Source: Orbicella franksi (taxonomy: Eukaryota). From it: 64,000 bases of DNA. The position numbers were made by a program, and so were the translations under genes. Within the stretch, counting starts at the first letter, position 1; each line of letters opens with the position of its first letter. The notes under the pieces are model-generated. The model worked only from the letters and a program-made list of their open reading frames with translations, was not told the origin of the DNA and ran no database searches. The stretch spans positions 22,196,001-22,260,000 of the forward strand of contig OZ116701.1 in NCBI GenBank assembly GCA_964199315.1, in the 5' to 3' direction. Shown here piece after piece: positions 23,315 through 36,200 of this stretch.

Positions 23315-26308
23315 TGTTGTGTATGTCACATTTCGTGAATGTATGTCATGAAGTAGACAAGGAGCAGCATGGGAGAGAAGAATAAAGAGAGCACATGGTC
23401 GACTTGTTGTGTGCTTCTTTCTGAAATAGTTTCACTTCTCCAGCTAGTTAAACCTCCTCTAATTTATGTACTAAGAGGACACGACATTGGCGACGAGGAT
23501 AAGCACGGCACAAGATGTCTTTCAGCGAAAATGGCGCTTCAAAAGCGATTCCTAAGTTTGATTGTCACTCGGATCCCGCCACGTTGGGACCATGCTGGAC
23601 GCGTTGGTTGACATCTTTTGAGTTATTTGCGGATGGCACAGGTCTCATTATCACTGAGACTACAAATGCAAACACGACGCAGTGAAGAAGAGCGATGCTA
23701 CTCCATTTAGCAGGCCCAGATGTACAAGAAATCTTCTCTACTCTCGCGGATACCGGAGAAGCAACCGATTACGCCGTGGCTGTAACAGCATTGAATGGAT
23801 ATTTTCTTCCCAAAGTCAATACAGTTTTCGCCCGCCAGAAATTTCACCGACTCCAACAAAAGGAAGGTGAGACTGTTTTGCAGTTTGTTACTCAATTAAG
23901 AAAAGAAGGAAAGGATTGCAATTTTGGTGCAGACTTTGACAACCAGATAAGAGATGTTGTCCTGTGTAAATGTAGGTCAGACTATGTAAAGCGCAAACTG
24001 CTTGAGGAAAGAGTGGAGCTAACGCTCGCTCGCACATTAGAAATCGCAGAACAGTGTGAAAGTGTAGCCCACCACTCTTGCTGGAATAGAGGGCGTTGAC
24101 AATATCTCTGATGACATCATTGTACACGGCCCAGACCAGAAAACTCACGACCAACACCTTCTCAAAACCATGGAGCGCCTCAGACAACATGGTTTGACTC
24201 TCAATGCTGACAAATGCTTGTTCAATGTGGACAGACTGGTTTTCATGGGAATTCTTCTGTCTGAGAAAGTAATCGGCCCTACAGAGGAAAGAGTTAGAGC
24301 CCTGCAAGAAACAAGAGAGCCTGAAACCGTCAATGAAGTTTGAGGCTTCTTAGGATTGGCTAATTACAGCAGCAGATTTATTCCCCATTTTGCAACCATC
24401 ACAGAGCCATTGAGGAAACTAACCAGGAAAGATGTTCCGTTCCACTTTGGTCCCGAGCAAAAAGCTTCCTTTGAGTCACTTAAGCAAAGTATGGCTGAAG
24501 CGGGCACATTGGCATACTTTGACAAGAGAGCATCAACCAAATTCGTTGCAGATGCAAGCCCTGTTGGCCTTGGAGCTGTACTAATGTAAAACCAGAATGG
24601 GGCATGGGTACCAATCTGCTATGCAAGCCACCGCCTCAGAGTGTGAACGGAAATAATCCCAGACAGAGAAAGAGGCCCTTGCCCTCGTTTGGGCTTGCGA
24701 GAGGTACCACGCATACGTTTATGGAATGTGATTTGATCTAGTGACCGATCACAAGCCGTTGGAAGTGATTTATGGACCTTGTTCCAAACCTTGTGCCCGC
24801 ATCGAACACTGGGTAATCCGCCTACAGCCCTATGATTTCAGAGTCATGTATACTCCAGGACAGAGCAATGTAGCTGATCCCCTCTCACACTTGCTCAGTC
24901 AGAACAAACCAACAAATCATCAACATGGTGCAGAAGAATATGTTAGATTTGCAGCCATCAGTGCCACACCCGCAGCCCTAACCATGAGAGAAGTCGAAGA
25001 AGCATCAGCAGTGGATGAAGAGTTGAAAGCCCTAAGAGAAGCAATTAAAACCGGTCGATTTGAGAAATGTAAGGTTTATGCACCAGCTGCAGGGAAACTG
25101 TGTGTCCAGAATGGAATCGTCCATCTCAAGACAACACCAAAATGGCCCCAGGCCAATGGGGAAGTTGAACGGCAGAACGCCTCCCTGATGAAGAGAATTC
25201 GCATTGCCCAAGCTGAAGGGGTCGACTGGAAGGAGTTAAGAAGATATGTGATGAAATAGCGAAGTATTGATCACACCACCACCGGTAAAAGCCCTGCCGA
25301 ATTGTTGTTCAATAGAAAGATGTGAGGGAAGCTGCCAGAGCTCCATGCTGATTGCCGTCTAGACCTAGAAACTCAGGATAGAGATGCAGAAGTGAAGGCA
25401 AAGACCAAAGCATATGCCGACAAAGCAGCAAATGCGAAACCATCAGACGTTACAGTGGGTGATCAAGTACTTGTAAGACCAGAGAGAAAAGACAAATTCT
25501 CGACACCATTCAATCCAATGCCATACCATGTGGTAGGCAAGACTGGCAACAGTGTCATTGTGGAGGCTCCAGGTGGGACCCAATACTTGAGAAACACCTC
25601 ACATGTGAAAAGGTTTATAGCGGACGATCCTGTATCGACACCTGGGACACCATCTGCTAGCCCAGACGAAATGGTCATACCCTCCACAATTCCAAGCCAA
25701 GTGCTAAGTGAATTGACACCGGCAGCACCTACCACACCACAGAGTGAACCTCCAACCAGGAGTACACTGTCAGCACAAACAAGTGCAGAGAATGGAAATG
25801 AGTCAGTTACCGCCCATAGTGATATGGCAATTGACCAAGCAACAGTACCTAGCACGTCAGCAACACCAAGGTTGACTCAGAGACCTCAGAGGCAGAGGAG
25901 ACCACCAGAGAGATACAAAGAACTTTGTGATTAAGGTTTCGGTGACTGAGAACTTTGTGATTTTGTTTTTAAAAGTGTTGTTGAGGATGCTCATTCGGAG
26001 GCAATTTAAACTTTTAACTTTGTTGACATGTTTATCACATAAAGGCGTCTACCTTTAAAGTTGAATTTGTTTTCGCTATGTTTATGTTCAAGTTCGAAGG
26101 ATTGTTAGACTTTGTTTCCTCAGAGAAAAGGAGAGATGTCGTGTATGTCACATTTTGTGAATGTATGTCATGAAGTAGACAAGGAGCAGCATGGGAGAGA
26201 AGAATAAAGAGAGCACATGGTCAACTTGTTGTGTGCTTCTTTCTGAACTAGTTTCACTTCTCCAGTGAGTTAAACCTCCTCTAATTTATGTACTAAGAGG
26301 ACACGACA
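23315..26308 (+). mobile_element. Gypsy LTR retrotransposon 2, internally deleted
   Basis: 172-bp LTRs at 23315-23486 and 26137-26308 (6 differences); TSD CCTAC; PBS TGGCGACGAGGAT; PPT AGAGAAAAGGAGAGA. Contains gag, RT C-terminus, RNase H and partial integrase remnants. Confidence 0.96.
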
Positions 26309-26638
26309 CCTACTAGAAAGCCAACTAACTCGGAGGTAAGATATTTAATTCAAGTTATCAAAAGTCTTATCTTTACAACTTTGGAGATCGACATATTTTG
26401 TGCGGTGCAAGAAACAAGTTGCATGTTTTTCATGAGCTATGAGTCCAAACACGTTTTCGTATTTAGTTCATTTTATTGCAGTGATTTGTTTTACTGCAAT
26501 GTTCTAAATAATAACAGCAGTAGCCACATACCGTCATTGACAGCCTATTTTTTCCCAGTGTTTTTGTAGATTGAACTCATACCACAATCGGCTCAGTTGT
26601 TATCTCACGAGAACGTTTCGAGCGTGAACTTTGCTTAC

Positions 26639-26821
26639 CTGGCTGGCTTTCAAGCAATATAATTCCTGGACCGACCCTTCCGGAAAACGATCAACATCTT
26701 TGTTTGTGAGATGAACATTTAAGGCGCAATTCTTGCCAAAACTTTCTTCGCAAAACCGCATTCTGTCACGAAGAGCGAGCAATGTCGCCTTTCTTGTCCC
26801 CAGTTTCCATGGTTTATGCAT
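26639..26821 (-). other. Possible coding exon ending in a strong splice donor
   Basis: CpG-rich open frame ..MRFCEESFGKNCALNVHLTNKDVDRFPEGSVQELYCLKASQ ends exactly at CAG|GTAAGC (phase 0). No homology recognised. Confidence 0.2.
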
Positions 26822-27506
26822 GGAACACCTGGGACCATGACCCCCCTTTTGGGGACCAAAACGCTTGCATTTTAAGACTCAGAATTTCCTACAGAAGCCC
26901 GAGTAACAAGGGACAAATCAATTTCAATGGCGAAAATAACATGCCATCACTAATATTAATAAAATCCCGTCAATTCACTGCTAGCATACACATGTAGGAA
27001 CACGATGTCCACTATAATATACAGCTTTAGCCAAGCCTAAAAGTGGAGCTCCTGATTGCAATAATGACCTTAAAAGAAAAAAAAGAGGATTTGTTTTTCT
27101 TGGATTAGAAACTCAAATAAACGGAATGCAATGCATGCAACAGCCATGACATCTAACTACCATTTCTAAAATTCTGGCCAGAAAATTGGAAGATAAACAA
27201 ACAAACAGATGCTTAAATGTAACTACAAGTAACTGAAGGTACAACCTGTGTGTGGAGTGAGGAGAAGTGAAGGGAATGAAACAGGATGAAAAAATAATGC
27301 ATGGAGGAGTGGCAGGACTTAGAAATATCTTTTCTGTGGTTAGCACCATAAGTGCGCCATCATTTATCCAAAGGAATGCTGCATGTCAGCTTTAAACGAT
27401 GACGTCATAGTCATTGCTTAAAAATTATCAATTGTGAGCATGTAATTGTTCAGCATGTGGTTTCACCATTTTCTTTCCAGTTCAATTTTGACAGACTATA
27501 CCCTTG

Positions 27507-30500
27507 ACTCTACAGAATGCAAATAGAATGAATGCAAACAGAGAAGGGCCCCAAGTAGGTCTGTTCCATTTAATAACACTTTGCATGGGAGGGAGAGCAG
27601 CTAGTGTGGGCTAAGCACATGGTGAACAATAAATATAATCATGCATGACAAGAAACTAGTACCAGCCCTCTCTCCCTCCCTGATGAGCTAAATACAAATA
27701 AATGGTTTATTTTAGACTTCACTCTACAGAATCGCAAATAGAACTACAACAAACAAGTCTGGGGGTAAACAGGGAAGGGCCCCAAGAAGGTCCCTTCCAT
27801 TTAACAACACTTTACCCAAAGAAGGACATGACCTAACACCCAGACAAATACACATTAATACAATAATAATTAATAATAATAATAATAAAATAATAATATA
27901 ATATAAATAACACTAATAATAATGATACTAGTATTAAAAATAAATAAATAATCTAAACAAATGAAACAAGGTGACTAACTGCCTGCATTTGGTCTTTAAC
28001 TGGAATGTGAATATAAGATCTATAAGCACCTGACTGCCAGTCTCCTAAATGCTTAATAAGTTCTCTGAGGATTTGACCTTGGAAGGCCAGGGAGGCCCCC
28101 CTGATCATGTCCACTAACTCGAGATGGATCCAAATTCATCTTGATTACCAATACTTGAAAGAGGGAGTCAAATTTTCCAGACAACAAAGGGATCAGGCCT
28201 CTCTCGGTTGATGCTGGAATGACAAATGCAGGTCCCGATAACAGGGTTGGTACTAACAAGAAGGCATGCTTGAGAGCCGTGAAGGGGCAGAGTGGGTGCT
28301 TGGAAATGCATGGTAGAGCAATAGTCAGAATTTGTTGACTGAATTCAATGGTTTTTGACCACCTGTTAATAATGATGACCCCATCTGAAAAGAAGAGTAT
28401 GTCCCCTCAATGCAAATGCTTTGATGGGTTCAACTGTCTGGATCCTTTAGAAAGGAGGTTTGCTTTACAAAACAGGCCAAAAAAGGCTACCAAGCAAACA
28501 GCCCAAAATGTGGCGTGGAAGGGATCATCCAAATTCAAGTGTTCTTTAAGGGTTAAGAGAATTTGAGGTGTAAATGGTTTCTTTTGAAACACTGTTAAAC
28601 CTTTTACGTGCCTGATTCCGAATTCTAGTAGCTAGCTGGAATTTGTGTTTAGTCAGGTCATCAAGTCCACATTCCAGATGGAGGATGTGAACTGCATACA
28701 AGTATTCTGGGATAGAGGATGCTGAGAGTAATAGCTGCATAACGAACAAGGGTTGAAGCTGCTTCTGGGAGTGGCTGGTAACCATAGTATACACAGAGGC
28801 CTGAGAGGAGGAGGAGTATACAGGAGAGGCCTGAGAGTGTTTTACTCATGTAGCTTGACTTGGTAATAAGAGCATATGCTTGACGACAAAGTTTTTGACT
28901 TCACGATTCAGTTGCTGCTGATCCTTTGGATCTAAGGGGTGCAAGAGAAAGTAAGGACATGTGAGGTTCTACTTAGTACAAGACCAAGGACTTGGAGAGC
29001 CATGCTTGGAACAGTGGCCAGTGATGTACATCATCAAGATGTGAGACACTGTTCACAACTACCTAGCTGAAATTGTAATACTCTTTAAGCCAGAATAGGG
29101 AGTGAATCCACTCCATCATAACCAGGCATGGGGTCGTGCCTTTGTTCAGGACAGCTGCAGCCACCTGGCTGTCAGACTTGATGACTGCTTGATACCCAAC
29201 CAGAAAGGGGCCCAACAGTGTACTACGATGATTGTAAAAGTCTACTTATAATTGATGTGGTGAGGGCTGAGAGTGGGGTAGTCTAAGGCCCAATTAACAT
29301 ACATCCAGTCAGTTCCCCATATGCACCCCCTACCACACAATGAAGCATTGGTAAGCACTGGTGTAGAAAGTTGTGGGGACTCTGAGGGAAACAGTGTTTT
29401 ACAGTTGTGTGCAGGTAGGAGAAAGGTCCACCAGTGGAGGTCAGATCTTGCCTGAAGGTTGAAAAAGATGCCATGATATGGGCATTTGACAGAGTTGGGC
29501 AGGGTAATAAGGCACCCAAGAAAGGTGCAGCCCCCTCAAACAACAAGTGCTACCCAATTAAGTTTGCAAACAAGTTGCTGCAGGTGAACCTTGGAACATT
29601 TGTGATTCAAGCTTGTACACTTGAGAAGAGATAACAGGGGGTGAGGGCATCTGGTCGGTGAAGTGATTGATGTGCTGTAAACAGGCTGCCAGTGCCCCAT
29701 TTAGTGTTTGTAGCATTCTGCATTCTGTGATACAGGTCCTCATACTGTATTACTTTTGGCAAGGCATAACACTTTGCTAATTCAGAAATCCTGGAACTGT
29801 ACAGGATGTCTTGGTTGGACAAAAAAGACCCATCTTTCAGGAGAGTGTGCATGATACGGAAGTTAGCCGCTGACCATTGTGGGAATGAAATTTTGTCTAG
29901 GGGTAGTTTCTTTTCCTGAGAGGATTTTAATACATATGAGCATCACCAGAGGTTCCAAGCACAGTCTCTTTATCCTCTTGTAGTACCAAGTGGTGGGAAC
30001 TAATGAAATTGGGAATAATCATAGGATGTTTACCTCCAGAAGCAGTAGGCTCTACCAGCTGCTGTGCAGGATCCTGTTCCTCTTCAGTTGAGCCAAGCAA
30101 CACAGGCTCTCTTAGGGACTCCATGAGAGATTTAAGCTTTGACTGATCTGTGGGATCTTGTTGAAGGGTTTTCAAAGTTGGTTTCACGGAAAGATTTTTA
30201 TCAGGCGTTGCTGATTTAACCGCTGTTGCCATCTTATTTGGCACAAAATCTCCATGTACCTTTGGGAGCTCCAGTTTGGTATGAGTGAGGTCCAATTCAA
30301 GCTGCAAATTCTTGATTTAAAATTCCTCGATTGTCTCATTTTCCTCTTCAATGGGCTACTTGGCTTTGGCGATTGTTGGGAGTGTGGTCTTTCATTCCCA
30401 TCTCAACCTGGATAAGTTCACATTTGATTGTCTCACCCATCTGTTGAGGTGTTGGACATTATCCTATTATGCCGTCCACATCAAAATCTTTAAGTTTAAG

Positions 30501-30730
30501 CGGAGCCTTTGTCTTCCTACTGCTTTTCCTTGTGGCCATAATGTAAATTATTACACAATTCGTAACTTTAAAAACGGTTTGGCATTATAAAATGCCCAGC
30601 AAAGCAGCTAGTATGGGCTAAGCACATGGCGAACAACACACATGACAAGACACCACGCATGACAAGAAACTAGTACCAGCCCTCTCTCCTTCCCTGATGA
30701 GTAAAACACAAATAAAAGGTTTATTTTAGA
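27507..30730 (-). mobile_element. Ngaro-like retrotransposon 1 with split direct repeats (A1-ORFs-B1-A2-B2)
   Basis: The A repeat is at 30604-30730 and 27597-27716; the B repeat is at 27721-27813 and 27507-27582. Minus-strand remnants include gag (29927-30500), RT/RH (about 28900-29850) and YR (FWAVCLVAFFGLFCKANLL, SGHDQGG; 28053-28850). Confidence 0.85.
27860..27950. repeat. Degenerate (AAT)n microsatellite
   Basis: AATAATAATTAATAATAATAATAATAAAATAATAAT... Confidence 0.8.
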
Positions 30731-32140
30731 TAATAAGCATAACCAAGATTGTAAAAATTATGCACGCAATTTATCAGGGAGTTTCCAAGAGACAATTGTG
30801 CAAGGAATATGTCGGACGAAAAGTCAACAACGTACGTAGATGTACCTATGGTAATGGTGCTACCATTTTGTTTTTCAAGGTATTTGGCTTGGCGTATGGA
30901 TGTACAGATGAACGTACAGACAGTCATGCGACAAGCAAAATTTTTTAAGGTATGGGGCTCTGCTTGTGCACCTTCGGTGTGAAAGAGCTCCGCGATAAAA
31001 ACTGCTTTTAGACATTATTTTTAGCAACATTTTTTTTAATTTGTTTAATTTCCTCTCTGCCGAGATGTCCAATTTGTCATCCAGAGGTATTCCCTTAATG
31101 TAAACAACACTGTGAATGGTTGTCATTACAAACACAAGATATTTCCTGGAAACTTAGTGTTTTTCATTCAGCAAAACCCTTTGAGTTCATTTAGACAAAT
31201 AATGGGCAAAATTGGAATGCTGTTTAGCATTAAGGACATTAAAAGGACTAAAAATTAATCAAGTTGAGGTATCTTGAAGCAAAAATCAAAATCACACATT
31301 TATTCTAATTGGTAAACAGCCAATCTTGGCAAAAGTAATAATAATAATAAAGCTCCAGAAGTGAAGAGACTAATCTGGCAATGTACTTAACCGGTGCAAG
31401 AAAAAAATCAAACTGTGGTCATCAAACGTGTAAGTGTAAAAGTGTAGGGGCAAGTTCCAAATAAATTTCCTCCGTATAAATTGCAAACAAGAAGTGAAAT
31501 GGTCTGACCCCAAGTAGATAAACAAAATATTAATACCACTCATTTAATCCGAAAATGTTACAGGAAACAAACTTAAAAGCCATTAATTCCCCTCAACACC
31601 ATTCCACATTGTCTTGAAGTGCCCAAGTTTTCTGCTATAAGAATCAGGGGCACATTAATCTCCTTTCTGCACTTATGCAGGCCTAAGCCCAGTAAGCTAG
31701 ATGTCAACATGACAAAGCTTTGGGAGCATAAGTAGCCTGAGATGTAGACTGGATACTAGTATTTTGCACGATTGTTTTCAAGTTAAGGCAGCCATTGCAA
31801 CTTTTGTAGTACGTAGTAGTGCGTTGTGTATTGCTAGCACTAGTCATACCGGTGTTGCATTGTCGGCAAATCAAAGACTATTTGGTATGTAACAAAGGTG
31901 GTTGTATAATTCGATCCATCGATAGCTTTGAGAGAGGCGTTTAACTGAAACTTTGCCAAAAATAATGTGCAAGGGTTTCACTTGAGAAGTGTTTTTCTTC
32001 AGCAAAGAATTATTTCAAATTCCCATAGTCTCCTTTTTTATATAATTACTTTACTTTTATTGCTTGACCATTTTTATTTTCCTTTATAAGCACAAACCAT
32101 CCCTTAGCAGCTTGAAGAAGAAGAAAAAGGAGAAAGAACT

Positions 32141-32217
32141 GCCCTCACCAGGATTCGAACTGCAAACCCTTCCACCTGACTTCTGATTCCCTGACTGAAT
32201 CCTTACTGCTGTGCCAC
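32141..32217 (-). repeat. tRNA-derived (SINE-like) head
   Basis: Minus strand reads GTGGCACAGCAGTAAGG (A-box-like)...GCAGTTCGAATCCTGGTGAGGGC (B-box), followed by a T/C-rich tract. It is not a canonical cloverleaf. Confidence 0.55.
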
Positions 32218-32461
32218 TGCAACCGCAACATCAGGGCCATTACCAATGGGTGTGAAAGAGGAAGCGTCTGCTCCTCAGGGCGGCTACATTCATGTCTTTC
32301 AGAGGCTGTCTGCTTTAGAAAGGCACTCATCTCTGAGAAATGTACGCAGTCACTGAAGAGACATCACCGTATGGACTTAGCCAAAATGGGCTACAAGCCC
32401 TGCTTGGACAAGCATTGGTGCATTGCCAACACTCAACCCACAATAGGTTACCAAGAAGCCC

Positions 32462-32758
32462 TTGCTGTTTTTAAAAGAGAGTTGGGCTCTCAGGGCAGTC
32501 AGTGACAAGCAGCAATCGTATCTTATGGGAAAATTCTTCATAGGTCAAACCACAGGCCAAACGTTTGATGCCAAAATGGACGCACAGGAAATGCACATGT
32601 GTCTTTTTCAGGCATCTGAATTATTTATAGCCACCTCACAGGTTGCTTCCTTTTCTCTCAGCAAAGTGTTGCAGTGTGCCAAAGTGATCCTGATGAGATG
32701 GCATCAGGCAACTGAAGAGGAGAGTAATTTTAGTCAGGCAAGGAAGCTGAAGAAATAA
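32462..32758 (+). pseudogene. Decayed coding remnant of unassigned, probably transposon, origin
   Basis: SWALR..SDKQQSYLMGKFFIGQTTGQTFD..ASELFIATSQVASFS resembles a motif I recall from invertebrate repeat-encoded proteins. I cannot name the family. Confidence 0.3.
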
Positions 32759-33239
32759 TCCAACTCCAGCATACTTTGGTGTATGATCAGTACAACCTGT
32801 GCCATGGCAATGGTAGGTATCCTAAAGAACCTCAAACTGCCTATGTTACAGTGCAGGTGCGAAGGCCTGAGACTAGATATACCTCTCCCACCTGTATGCA
32901 GAAAGGCTCCATACTTGGCATTTCTGGAGGACATTACTAACAACTACACTTGCCGGAAGTATTCTTAAGAACTCTCAGTGCTTCACTTCTTCTGTATTTA
33001 GCAAACATCTCTTCAGGAGGCAGGGGGACTGTTATATTTTTTGTACTATGTTTCTGACACTGCCTGCAGACACAGTTCAACAATGCATTTAGAAACTAAT
33101 CCTACATACATGTAGATCTTGCAAACAGCGAGTTTTCCCACAATTAACAACTTTGGATGCTTACATAAGTACACAATAAAGTTGACAACCATTTGGCAGT
33201 AAATGGGACGAAGGTTGTTGGGTGCTCCCTGGTAAATCT

Positions 33240-36200
33240 AAGAGTGCCAGCAACACACCCTGTAAATAGGTACATGATAATAGGGGTGGTAGCAACACAC
33301 CCCGCAAGTGATGGATGAGCCAACAAGTGTGGCGTGTGCCACACCTGGAAATAAGGGATGACCCAACGAATGTGGCGCATGCCACACCTGGATAGATATA
33401 AGCCTGAGGTGGGGTCAGGGTCCCACCTGGCCTGCAACGTGCGAAGCTAAGTGGCAGGTGTGCACCCAAATTAATTCCCAAATACTGCCTAAAAGAAAAT
33501 AACTAATACTATTATGTTAAATGAGTACAATGTCCTTCCTGAGGGTTCCAGATGGACTGTGTTCCTGCAGCAGCACTGGCTAACAGGCCTGGTACTTTCT
33601 GAAGAATAGACAAGGGAGTCCGGATGTAAAGAGCAAAGCAATTGCTGGACCATCTACCAAGAATCTGAACAAGCCACGGAGGTAAGCCAGCCTCAGCTGC
33701 TGTTGTAGCTGCCCCGATTCGAAAGCTATGGGAGGCATAGAGTTCTGTTGGAATGTGTAGGCATTTGAGAAGAAGACAAAGTGTTGAGGTAACTTGGGTT
33801 CTGGTGAGGTAGAGGCCAGACTGGAATGTGTAGAAGGGGCCATCCGAATTGAAGGGATGATGAGCCATGTATTTTTTTAATTGCACGAACTGCACAGACA
33901 GAGCGGCCTGATGGGGCACTCAGGAGGGAGCAACCTTGGCAATAAGGGTCTGTATTGGAGGACTTCAGGTGTCGACTTAGGGAGCCATCAGAGTTAAAGG
34001 ATATATCATTGCTGCTGAGGTGTGACAGTATATTGAGTGAGAGGTGGAGGGTGAAGTAAACTCACTTGAACATAGGAAAGCGAAGAAGGCCAATGTGAAG
34101 GCAGACCATAGCATGAGTTTGTCACTCGGAAGGATGTCAGGTGCTTGTGCCAGCTCAGTCTTGAGTTTCCCAAGGAGAGACATGGTGATGGGAAGGTGGC
34201 GTTTGGAGGAAAGGCCCAGACTACATTTGATGCCCTGCAGAAGTAGATGGAGTAATGGGGCGTCCTGGAATGGGTCAGGGAGGTTGCTCTCAATGTGAAA
34301 GAAACGAATGCTGGCATGTACAACTTGACAGTTCTGTAAGAAACTTGGTCGGCCAAGGCAGCAGCAAAATAACGCAGTGTAGGTTCTGTAGCTGGAAAAC
34401 TCTGCCATTACCGAGAGGAGCAAAAAGTGATGCACCTCTGCATGCCGGCTGAGTAAGTGCGACGAGTGGAGTCAGCAATGGCTTGACTGGAGAAACGCTA
34501 GACGACATTCCAGAGGGTACTGGCTGATGGAGGGATAGGTGTTGGCATTAGGTCCACAGCTGGGGTGAGCTGATGGAACTGCACCATCTGCAAACCAGAT
34601 AGAGTCAGCAATTGAGTAATCGGTACCACCAATATGCAAGACTAGGATTGTGAAATGGTGAGTAGCACCACTGAAAAATATGGAGTGGACAAGGTGAATG
34701 ATGTCAGGGTCTCGGGAAGTGCCAGAAGCCCAGATATCAACCACTGCCTCATTGTTGCTGTGAAAGAGGATTTTCTTTCCCGACCACGAATGACCCCACA
34801 AGAGGCAGGCAAGAGCAATAGGATAGAGCTCCTTCCATTGGATAGAATGACCTTGAAGAGGAGGTGGCCAGGTGTCAGCAATCCAATGACCAGAATAGCA
34901 AATACCATATCCAAGGGTCCCTGACACATCTGTTAAGAGGACCAAGACTGGGGATCTTGACCTGTATGGATCAGGAATAATCGCTTGGCCATTCCAGGTG
35001 GGAAGGAATCTTTGCCACCAAGCAATATTGCGGCAAGCCTCCAGACTCACGGAAATGTGATGGTGGGGGAGCCTAGCAGTTGTACTTAGGTCAATAAGGC
35101 GACACAGGAATATGCGCCCCACAGGGATGACGTGACAAGCAAAGTTATACGAACTCAGTTAAATGACCTTGCTCTTCATGAGTTCTCGTAGCTCAGTGGA
35201 TAGATTGCCTGCCTGGTGTTTGGGAGGACATGGGTTCGATTCCTGTCGGAGACTCAGAATTTTTCTTTGTCCCATGCTCGTGTCATGTTGATTAATTCAC
35301 CTTCACAAGCAAAGTTAAGTTTGCCGATGAGGGACAGCAACTCGCACTTAAGGCACTTTTTTCGAGATGACCAAGACTGAAGTTCAGCAAGAAGCTTCTT
35401 ACGTTTATCATCTGGTAGGGCAGTTTCCATACCAGTGGTGTCAATCAAGATGCCAAGGAAGACCAGTGATGTGGTCGGTCCTTCCATCTTCTTAGGAGCC
35501 AGAGGAATCCCCAGGTGTGAGGCTATGTGGACTATAATATTGACATTATTGGCACAGGTCTTGGAGTTTGATGGCCCCACAACTCTTCTTTTGTCGGGAG
35601 TGGACAAATGAGAGTGTGGAAGTATCATCAGGGTTGATGGCCAGGGTAAAATTATCAGATCATGAAGAATTATGGACAGGATACATGTTGGAGGAAAGAA
35701 GATCAATAAAGTCAACGTACTCACATCTTAGGATCTTGTTTTTAAGCTTCTGTGGAAGAGGCGGCAAGTGTGGATCTGTTGGATTGCTTTGTGGTTGTGC
35801 TACAGGAAGTAAGCTCAACGGAAGTAAGCCAGGCGTGACAGTGTTCACTTCAAGGGGCCTGGTGCCTAGTGGATTGCAGGAAGGTAGGGTGCCATCTTGT
35901 TGAAGACCATCATGTGCTCCTGGTTGACTTGAGATGCTGAATGGAGAGAGAAGAGCAGTAGTATTTTCCCCAGCAGGTCGACGGGAGTCGGTGCATACTG
36001 TTTCAGCTATGAGAACACAAAGCTGGTCGAGTTAGCCGCTCGTGAACGTTTGTTCGGTGTTCGCTACGTTGACAACATTCTGCAACTGGAGGGGGATGTT
36101 TGCCTGATCAGCTGTTGCGGCGGGATGTCGAGGAAGATTATTGTTGTCGTTTTCGAAGATCCGCTGGGCCAATTGAGCCTTGCTGTCAGTTGTTACTAGA

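Noticed and set aside
27678-27720. CTGATGAG in the Ngaro A repeat as a hammerhead core
   Set aside because: No following GAAA or stem III in either copy of the repeat.
31783-31886. Possible internal exon (AG..GTATGT) with one open frame
   Set aside because: It is short, has no recognisable protein and no neighbouring exons to link to, so chance is sufficient.
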